A DNA stretch of 64,000 nt from Auanema rhodensis. Lineage: Eukaryota; Animalia; Nematoda. The notes under the pieces are model-generated. The model did no database searches, was not told where the DNA came from, and saw only the letters and a list, made by a program, of their open reading frames with translations. Position 1 is the stretch's first letter. Every line of letters starts with the position of its first letter. The stretch spans positions 15,128,001 through 15,192,000 of the forward strand of contig OZ059897.1 in assembly GCA_964057225.1 (NCBI GenBank), in the 5' to 3' direction. Position numbers and translations under genes: made by a program. Shown piece after piece: positions 26,736 to 36,900 of the stretch.

Positions 26736-28704
26736 ATGTTGTCAGGTATTAATATTAATATAATATAATTAATATACAATTTTGTTCAAGTCCCGTCGTC
26801 TTTATGATACTCCAATTACGTACGAAAGCAAACTACGTTTCACAGCTCCTAGTGCAGAAGCTCGGGCACAGCAAAATTTACCAAGTTCTATTTCTGTATA
26901 TTTAATGTAGAAAAATATGTTTATGGATATGCGCTTTATAGGCATATTTGGAAGATGATTGGTCTAAAAGCATTTATGAGCCAGGGTGTTCAGATGACAA
27001 CTTACAAGTTAGTTATGGATTCTCGTAATAAATCTTATTTATTTGTTAGATTGTTCCGATATACTTTTGGCCAGGTGAAAGAATAAACTTAGCATGTGCT
27101 ATGTGTGACATAGCTTTTGTACTCAACGGAAAAGTTAAAAATTGGGGATGGGCTCGAAATATTCCCGAGTTTTTGGAAAATCCACAAGTAGAACTCATGT
27201 ATTTAGTAGGTTGTCTTTAATGATATGCTTTTTAGAAAGCCGTTGTATCTGACAGCTCAAAGTGGACAATAGTGAGCAACATAGATTATCAGGAAGATCC
27301 CATGTATACTTCTTCTATATGTAATATTTTTAAAAATAATTCAATGCTTTAGTGGTGCGGGTCCTCCCAAGGAACCATCAGACTACGATATTTATCCTCC
27401 TGTTAATCCGCATCTACATTCTACAAAAGAATCTGATGTTACACAACGAAAAAGGCCCGACAACATGTTTTATCAGCATGATGGAGAATTATCAATACTA
27501 TATGTAAGCCTACTCAAGTTTGTATTACTTATGTTCTTCTCAGACTTCAGCTGCAACTCAAGGTGTCTACTTCTGCTATGATAGAGATTCTCTTGGCTCT
27601 ATCAGCTATTTTTATGTTTTAATGGCCATGGTACCACCTGTGTTATTGGGAAGCAGCACAACATTTAGTGAGTGATGATCATCTTTTTGAATATATTTAT
27701 TACTTTTCTCTATGTTAGCTGATGGGTGTGTATCGAAAAACTTATACTTCCCTCATCATAACTGGCGGTATCATTTTCTACCAGCTGTACGAATTGATAG
27801 AACTCCAACATGCAGAAGATCACACCAGACATTTTCAACATGCTATCATAAAGTTAGTTTAAATGAACTTGAAACAAGTTATTAAAACAATTTAAAGTAT
27901 AAAGAAATGTATACAAATGTGAAATCTTCAAAAAATTTGGAAATGGATTGTAACATTGAACATTGTGTCTCAGAATTGCGTGACACGTACGACTCTTCTG
28001 GGATAAGCCTAAATGTAGCTGTAGAATTGCGATGGGATTCATGGACAGGGTGTAGAGACGGTGTACCTTCAGAGAGGAGAGAAGGTTTTTTTTGGTTTCA
28101 TACTCTGACACAAAAATTTCCTAAAGGACATTGCTACTTGGTTAGAAATAGTGGAAAAACGATTCCTGAAGATGTAACTGAGAGCGTTGATTGGCTTTCT
28201 ATGTTAAACTCTCTTTTTGATCATGAGCCATTTCACTCAGAAGGAATACGGTTATACAGGTAGATCAGATTGCGATAATATTATTTTTATAAAATTGGGA
28301 CAATCTGTTATATTGTTTTAGTTCTTTAATACCTTGGCTTATACTTGGTAAATCAGAACAAAGGCTTCAATGTTTGTTAACTCCTCTAGAACAAGCAAAG
28401 GTATACAACAACAACAATAATTAAAAATATAATTTCATTTGTCAACATAGTATGATGATGTATTCAAAAACATAATCCTAAAGGCTATGGGTTATGACGG
28501 GAAAACTGATTCTTTGGACAATCCTTTTCAAGCATGCATGACGTTGTTTTTTTAAAATAATTTTGTAAGATTTAAGATTTTCTTTATAGTATGGGACAGT
28601 ATAATGTAAATGAAGGAACACTTGGCTTCAATATATTTAATTCAATAAGAAATGAAAGTTATGGAATAGGAACATATATGGTTGAAACAAGGTCATGTTC
28701 TTAA
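26736..28704 (+). CDS. Putative Ig-like/Cys-rich extracellular protein, FAM187-like; start uncertain
   Basis: Exons encode CAMC, the Ig-type motif QGVYFCY, and LRWDSWTGCRDGVPSERREGHCYLVR, which resembles the W..W..C...G.CYL segment I recall from FAM187 proteins. Stop at 28702-28704. Confidence 0.5.
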
Positions 28705-28970
28705 ATGCAAATTGGTACTGTTTCATAGATATATCTTGATTGTATATTTATTAAATATAAACTTTTGAATCTAATTCATTTGGTATTTATATGTTATTTT
28801 GCCATTATATTACACACAATATTGAATATATCCCTTGTCTTTTTTAATTCTTTAGTTTGGAATTCGGATCAACGCGATTCAGTATGTAGTCTAGTTTTCA
28901 TAACGAACTTCAGAATTATTTGTTACTTATACCTGAAATCAATAGTTTTATTTAAAATTTTGGGTGTGAT

Positions 28971-30121
28971 ATGCATTTGAGTCTTCTATTGATTCCCGTA
29001 CAATTTGTGGTATGTAATCGTTATCTACGTAAGTTTTAATAATATTAATATTATTTCTTTTCTAATGATGATTTTAGATGTTCAAACTGATGAAATTCGA
29101 GATCGACTCAATAGTTCCTTGAGAATAATATTTAGGAATAAACGTAAATTATTGATTTATTAAAATTAAATCAAATGAATATCTAGATGAAGAAAGAGAA
29201 CGTATAAGATTATCAGGTAAATGGGATGAAAATAGAGGAGGCACAATGGTGACAGTCATCGTTAATTCTGCTTATTCTCTGTCTCTACTAGGAGTTAAAA
29301 AGGTAGATTTTAGAAATTAATTATTAGTGTATTCATTCAAGTGCTGAAAAATAACTTTCAGCTTCATGATCAACCTCAAATAATAAATGAATTTTCTTAC
29401 ATTAACAATGCATTATTGTCTTTGGACAAGCTTTTAAGTAGTAAAAACCTTACAATATATGATAAATACGATAAGCTAAAAATTGATTTTAAGCCGGAAG
29501 AAATGTTTGAAAATGGTTAGATTTGAAATTTTTAAAATTATTATTTATTATTCATTTTAAGGAACAAAGGAAAATTCTCCTTACAGTTTGAAATATCTTC
29601 CTATAGTTAGTGCGCTCTTCAATGAGAATTATAATAATACAAATATATTGCATCTGTTTGCTAAAGGATGTCAAGAATTCAATCCTATCAAGCTTATCAA
29701 AGTGATTTCATCTAATAATTAGTTCTAGTTTAAAAGTTATTTAAGGCTAATGTACATACGAAATCAATTACATCAAAAATTGAAAATGTGAAAACCAATA
29801 TAACAGAAGAATTGGTTATTTTTCTAAATTATATAAATTTGTTAGAAATAGTTATATTTAGCTTCGATTACACCATAGATGTGTCGACGAACAGTATTCT
29901 ATATATGCCCAAAGTATAGTTTTTGCTGAATGCATGGCGCTTAGCCAAAAACACGATTTACCACTAAAGGATCCATTGGTAACATTCTTTTAATTCAATT
30001 TTAATATAATTTTATTTAGATTATATCTGAAGCTTTGCCTCACTTTTCATTATCTCTCAACATACTTCAAAGAAAATATTTAAATATTGCTCGAACTCTT
30101 ACAGCCCATAAAGAACTATAA
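28971..30121 (+). CDS. Uncharacterised, probably secreted protein
   Basis: Hydrophobic start MHLSLLLIPVQFVVC followed by regular short exons with GT-AG introns, ending ...IARTLTAHKEL*. Confidence 0.45.
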
Positions 30122-30240
30122 GAATCTTATTTTTAATTATAAATAATTGTTGTACTTGTATTTCTTTTAAAGAATATCATAGCAATGTTTTGTATATTTA
30201 TTTGAATGCAATTTATAATTATTAGCATAATTGATTGTCA

Positions 30241-30384
30241 ACTCGTGCAGATTTCAGTTGTAACTCTTCGAATAATACTGATGATTAATCCATTTGAAAC
30301 CACTCAGATGAGCAGATTACGAAAACTTTCCCTAGTCGGCTCACGGTCATAAACTTCCGAAGAAGTTCGAATTCATCATCTCGA
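30241..30384 (-). ncRNA. 3' part of a candidate structured RNA-like locus interrupted by the LTR element (5' part at 39690-39800)
   Basis: 30257-30271 is the exact reverse complement of 39691-39705. Internal AACTTC-TTCG-GAAGTT hairpin and G-U-containing helices on the - strand. Confidence 0.35.
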
Positions 30385-30933
30385 TGTTGTTTTCCGGGTC
30401 TTCTCTTGGTACTGGAGATCGGAGAACAGGCATTGTTGGTTCAGTGGTAGATTTAGAATTTATTAGACCGAGTAGAAATAAAGAAGTTTATTCAGCCAAG
30501 GATAAATTAAAATACAAGAACGATAGGAATAGGAGGAAGGCAGCACGACTGGTTGATACTTTAACACATGAAGAAACGATAAATTGGCTCGGCTTATATA
30601 CTAACCCGAGGAGGCAAGATACTATGGAGCGGAAGGAGGTAAAAAGAAGCAGAGAGATGTTTGGGGGGCGGGTTCAGATTATGAATACCCGAGATGTTGT
30701 GAGTGGGAAGGTTAAAGCTGGAGGAGGATGATTCAAGCCTTATCCTGGGCAACATCTTCCCAGAAACCGTGGGATGGCCAAAGGCGCTTGAGTCATCACC
30801 GTTTTAGCCCCCGATTGCAACTTACGCGAATATTGATTTAAGCTTGGATAAAGGAACAATAAAGAAAATGAATAACTAAACATGGCTGTAAAGTAATAAG
30901 GAAGGGCAGAGCGAAGAAGAGTGCGTTCGCACA
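30385..30933 (-). repeat. 3' LTR (549 bp, complete U3-R-U5)
   Basis: 30474-30933 matches 39230-39689 with no difference noticed on reading; element-strand TATATAA and AATAAA present; ends ...AAAACAACA. Confidence 0.95.
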
Positions 30934-30947
30934 CTCCGGCCGCCAAA
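30934..30947 (-). promoter_or_regulatory. Plus-strand priming (PPT-like) tract
   Basis: TTTGGCGGCCGGAG abuts the TG of the 3' LTR. Confidence 0.65.
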
Positions 30948-30950
30948 AGC

Positions 30951-33900
30951 TTAGAATAAATCCTGGTAGCTGATTGCCTTGTCCTTTGGTGGTGGTGGTT
31001 GATCCGTGGCTGTTCTTTTCTGTCGTGTCCTTAACGGTGGGGTCTGAGTGTCCTTTGTGACCGTCAGAGGCTTCGTGACTAGTTGTTTGAGAAGGTCCTT
31101 GATCTGTCTCAGCTCGTTCAAAATGTCCGTGCTGTTGTCCTCGTTTCTTGCTCTCATCATTGTACGGGTAAGTGTTGTTAGGTCCTCACCGATATTACGA
31201 GTTGTGAGGTCGATTGTTTTCAACTCTGGCATCGCCTCAACGACAACGATGGTGCTCTTATTGTGTGGAGCAGTCTCGGCTTTCTGCTGGGTTTTCGTGA
31301 GCTCGTAAGGCATATTTTTCAGGCTTATTGTAGACAGATGTTCTTTCTGGATGTTGCGAATAAGATCCGTTAGCCGTCGTTCGTTTCCAAATATTTTAAG
31401 ACGGTCCTTTTCCCTGTTAAAGACGTATGAAGTCTTCGCGGTGGATAAGAAGTCTTTGAGCTTGATATACGCTATCAAGCTGTTAGCGGCGACATCGGTG
31501 ATCTTTCCAGCTGGGGTGTCCTTACATTCTTCAAGGCTGAAGAGGAGCTTGAGAGTAGTGTCCATAGTTCGAGTAAGCTCCTTGAGGCATTCGACTCTTT
31601 TTTCGAGTGGCAGCCGAATATATCTTTGGCATCTTTGATCGGAGCGATCAATTACGCCTTGAATATTAGAGCAATTAGCTGTAGGAATAGACATTGTAGC
31701 TAATATGAATACCAAGAGGATGTGAGTCTTTCTTCGGTGGAGAAGGAAGAGCTGGCGGGCGAGGAAGATGAATAGAGCGATGGGAGACCACAGGATGAGA
31801 AAAAGGAGGCGGAACATTATGCGTGTTATGCTGAACGCCCATCTTGCGCCGTATTCACAGAAGATCTGATAAGAGATGGTAAGCGCTATTAATATGAAGA
31901 GTAGGCATATTAGTAGCTCTTTGTACCATTCTATGTAAATGTCGTAGAAGTGTGAAAGGTCCGGCCAGGGAAATGTAATTGCTGATTCGTGAAGTGAGGA
32001 GTGGTTGCTTTCAATGTAATGTCTTTGAAGGTCCTGAATATTACTGATATAGTATAATATTCCTGTTAGCGAGAAGTTCTGTGTGTCATGTCCGCATGAG
32101 TATGCGCATTCAATCCGGGGTGTGGCCGAGCTAATCGGCAGACGAATGTTGTTAGCTGTCCCTTTTGGGCTGCATTTCAGCATGAATGCTGAGTCTCCAC
32201 AGTTTGTAGCTGCTAAAGTTTTTGTTGTTGATGTGCAGATAATGTTTGCTTGTGCCCCGCTTTGACAGTTATAACAACCTCTGACCATAGAGTCATTGAT
32301 ATGGCAAGTAGAGTCTTCGTGGGAAGATGTTGTGTTGAAGATGCCGTCTATTGAGGCGTGAATTTCTGCCATCATGTTGCGGTAAATGTTGATTTCAATA
32401 CTCCTTTGTGATGGTTCTATTGAGTAGGCTGGTGTGAAGATGGGTAGCGTTGTTTGAACACTGCCGAAGGTTGACTGAATATTTTGGTTTCTACAGTGGC
32501 AATTTGCTACATCTTCTGCTGGTGTACATTCGCAGTGTGGATTTGCGTTACAATCCATATCCTTAGCCCTTTCGCGAGAAGTGCATGTCAGCGTTGGCTG
32601 CAAATCCCATATGGCTACCTTTGTCAGATTTCTGACGAATTGTCCTTGCATTGATGGTATGACAGGAGGTGTTAGGCTGATTACGGAAAATTTGAACGGA
32701 TGTAGATTGGTTGGAATATCAGAATGTAGAGTGATTATGTGTGAAGTTGTAGAAGATCCGTTTTGATATGTGATTCGTAATTGAGTTGAAGGTATCCATT
32801 CGTTGCAAGAGAACACCTCATAGATTGATTTGTCTATGGGTTTCATGTAGGTGCGGTAAAATAGACATCCTGATGACGGGTAAAAACATCCACAACCGAT
32901 TCCTCCACATGACTCGGTGCAGTGTGTTTGTCCAGGAAACTGATTCGCTATCTCCAATTCTTGGATCATGGAATCTGGTTGTATCAGAGTGCATTTGTTT
33001 TCCTGGCAAGATCCTGTTCTTGGACATCTTTTGCTACTTTGAACGTGAGTGCTGGTTGCTCGTGTGTGAAACAGTGAACGTATTTCACAGAGGTATGTCG
33101 TTTTGATCCACTGAATACGTAGAAATGAAATTTTGTTCTGGTTGTTAGTGAATGTGAGACATGCTTCTTGAGTGTACGGGCTTATTGTGAGAGTGTGTCC
33201 AGTTCGAATCTTGCAAGCTTCTTTTGTGCAGGATGATTCTTGGGAAGAGCTCATACTTAGTTCTTGACAACCTAAGGCTTGTTGAAGTAGCAATACTGTG
33301 ATTAATGGAATCAAAGTTTTCTTGTGGGGTTTCTTATTCACGAAGGCAAAGAGGCGTTTTGCTATCATTATGATTATCACGTATATAAAATAGGTCCATA
33401 GTCGAATGGGTTTTCCAATAACCCATGGTGAGTATAGAAGTCCGTAGCCAATAGCTGTGAGCATATATGTGATAAAGCTGAGTATTAGAATGGACGTCCA
33501 GGGCCAGCAAGAGGGATTGAATAAGGTGGCTGAGCAGAATGTGCAGGATACTGTAGAACAGAAATGAACTGCAGGGCAGTGCAGTGTCATATGCTGTACT
33601 TGTGAGTTGTGATAAAATGTCCAGGTGATTTGATAATCTGCTAGAATGTCCTCTACTGGAAGAGTTATTGCTCCTCCTTTGCTGCTGTTGTAACAAGTGT
33701 TGTGTGAGCAAACTTGTTGGTTGTCCGTAAAAATGCCTTGTACTAATACCCCTTTGGAGTGACATGAGATTGATGGAATGGCCGTTGCAGTTGGTAAAAG
33801 TGTGGCGAATAAGGTAAGTAGAGTGAACAGCGAATTGGTATCTCCGTACCATTTTCTCTGAAGGTTCCGAGGGTTAAGTTCTCGTTGAGCGACCGTCGTG

Positions 33901-36900
33901 TTCTGCTTTTCCAAAGTCCGTAGGGGTTGTGGAATTTTTTCTGTGGGTATTTCCATCGGGTGAAGTAGATTCACAGGTCTTTTCAGCTCTCTACCAGTTT
34001 CTGAGAGAAGTGTTACTTCTCTTATATTTCCTGCGGAGTCTGGGTGTATGTTAGTTATTCGTCCAGTTGGCCATTTGTATCGTGGAATGGGACTGTCGTT
34101 GATCAACACGATTTGTCCGATGGTGGGTTTTGTGTTGGTACCTGCTTTCTTCAAAGAAATCGTGTTGTGATGGTATTCCCGTAGTTCTTTGAGGTAAAGC
34201 TCGGTCCATAGCTCCCAGAATTTGTTTGTCCGTTTTCGAGAAGAGTGTAAGGCTAGTTCTGTGTCAGCTTGCGTTTGAAGGGCCGGGTTGTCGATGTATT
34301 CGGTATCTTCATCCTCGGAGTCAATAAAGATGTTCAGATCCATATCCTTATGGATGAAATCACATGGTCGAATAATTTCGTCCATGCTTGTGTCTGATCC
34401 GATGTATGTTAGTGGCCGTGTATTAATTGTTGCTTCGCATTCGGCGAGGATAATAGAAAGATCGTCCATTGAGGGTATGTTACTTAGCGTTGAATGTAAC
34501 GCGTTTTTCACTGATCTTATGAGTCGTTCATAAAATCCTCCTTGCCATGGAGCATAAGGAGTTATGTTGTGCCATTTAATCCGATGTTGGTTATCGGAAG
34601 AGTTGTTTTTGGCTGTTGAGATTAACTTGTTGGAGATCTTTTGTCCTAGTTCGAAGGTTGTTGCGTTGTCACATGTGATGCTTTCTGGGGATCCTCGTCT
34701 AGCCCAGATTTTTCTTAAGCAATTCAGAAACGACTTGGTCGTTAGGTCCTCTATCACTTCAAGGTGAATAAGTCGAGTGACTGTGCAGGTGTAAATGCAT
34801 CCCCACGCTTTCTGGTTCCGGTCTCGTGTGGCGATGGGTCCGAAGTAGTCGAGTCCAATATGTTGAAATGGGCGACTTTTCCTGGTTCGTCTACTGGGTA
34901 GATCTCCTGATGGTGGATAAGTGAAGGGTCGATTGTTCAATTTCTGGCATTCCGGGCATTTCCTTATCACTAATTGAGTTTGTGAACGAAGTTGCGGTAT
35001 CCAGTATTTTTGTCGAACTTCAGCCATTGTGTGTGCCGTGCTTTTGTGGTATTGTCCGTGAAAGTGTTCGATTAGTAATCTTGCTGTTTTTGTTTTTGGC
35101 AAGACTATTATAGGGAGTTTAGCACTTTCTTCGAGTTCGGCATTTTGCATGCGTCCTCTACTATGCCATAGGTGATGTCTCAGTAGAGGGCGTAAGTCGT
35201 TTCGTTGAGCGGCTGATAATCGTACCATTAAGTTATTTTGATGAAGGTGAAGCAGGTTCAGCTCTGCTTCTTCATACATCGCTGGTGTATGAGTTGTTGT
35301 TAATGGATAGTTTGCGGAAATCCATTTTTGTTGGGCTTCAATCCAAGATGAACAGTCTGAGAGCCAAGGCTCTTCGTCCGTTGTCTCTACGTTTGTAGTA
35401 TTGATCCGGAGTTCGTCTTCACATAGCGAAAAAAGAGGTCCATTAAGAGCTTTTTCTATTTGCGCTTTTGGGTTCCACCAGAAATGATTCTCTAGTTCAC
35501 TTGTTGAGCAGCCTCTTGTTGCTAGGTCTGCTGGATTGTCCTTAGTGTGGATGTATCCAAAAGATGTTTTTATGTCCAGGTTCTCAAGTTCTTCTGTTAG
35601 GTTGAAGATTTCCTTGATACGGTTTTGAACCAGTACTCCTGTTGTTTTTTGTTCAGGTTTTTTCCGAATCCACGCTAGTGTTATCTCAGAGTCTGTGAGG
35701 AATGTAGCCGTTAGAATTTTGATATTATCCTGTATTTCTTTCACGATTTTTAGCGTGTTGAAAACTCCAATCGTTAGAGCCGAGATTTCAGCTTTTGGGA
35801 TTGTTATTGTGGAGTTTTTGGAGTGTAATTTAGACTTTGCGAATATTAAGGCTAATTGTCGTGTTGATGCTGCGATTAAGTAGCAGCAGAATCCTAATGC
35901 ATTGCCGCTAGAATCGGTACATGTTACCAGATGGTATTGTCCATTGGTATCCGATGGTAGGGGACGGGGGATCCTTATGTTGATGTGAAAATTTTCGCAT
36001 AATTGTTTCCATCTGGTTTGGATTTCCATTGGTAGTATAGTGTCCCAATCGAAACTTTCTGTCCATAGATTTTGAAGGAAGATTCGTAGTGGGTGTAAAC
36101 TTGGGCAGATCATACCCATTGGATCGAAGATTGATGCGATAGCTTGTGTGACTCCTCTCTTTGTTAGCTTGGTTTCCGGGATTTGAGCTTGAATTATCCA
36201 TTGGTCTGATAATGTGTCCCAGGGAAGTCCTAATATTTTAGGTGTTGTGGAGGCATTCCGTTCTTCAGGAGTCAGATTTGAATTGAATATCTGATCGTTG
36301 GATATGAACTCTTGGAGTTTCATATTCATTTCCTGGAATATATCCTTTGTTTCGGAATACCACATTCTGACTTGGTCTGCTGAGTCAGAGGCGAGGAGTA
36401 AGTTGTCCACATAAAGATTGTCCTTGATTTTATGTGCTAGAAGACTTTCTGAGCTTTTCTTCTGTAGGTGGTGTTGTATGGTGGCTCCGAGAAGGAATGG
36501 TGATGCATTGATGCCAAATGGTACTCGGCAGAATCGTAGAGTTCTGGTGTTGTCCGTGCTTAGTGGTTGATGAATATCTCTGAGCCAAAAGAAGCGAGTA
36601 GCATCTCTTTCTGACTCATGGAGTCGAATTTGTAAGAAGGCTTTTTGTACGTCCGCTATCATAGCTGTGTTTCCACATCTGAATCTTAGAATCATTCCAA
36701 TTAGTGATGGTAAGATTAGTGGTCCTTGGTGTATGACGTCGTTCAAGCTAGGCTTGTTTTGATAATGTCCAGAAGCATCGTAGACAATCCTGATTTTAGT
36801 AGTCTCTTTCTGAGGAGTTACTACTGCTTGGTGAGCTATGTAATGGATCCTGTATGCGTTGGGATAAGGGTCCTTAGCTTCTTCGATTATTCCTAGGTCC

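Noticed and set aside
30295-30350. U3 snoRNA or RNase P/MRP identity (box B-like CGTGAGCCG, CTGAGTGGT, GGGAAAGT)
   Set aside because: Box A, box C and the matching terminal stem or P4 partner are missing or in the wrong order.
30270-30372. Hammerhead ribozyme (CTGATGA...CGAAA...TTC on the + strand)
   Set aside because: Stem II would open with a T-C mismatch and stem I does not pair.
30430-30500. Complete tRNA-Gly gene in the LTR
   Set aside because: The similarity stops after ~22 nt; no anticodon arm or T arm follows.
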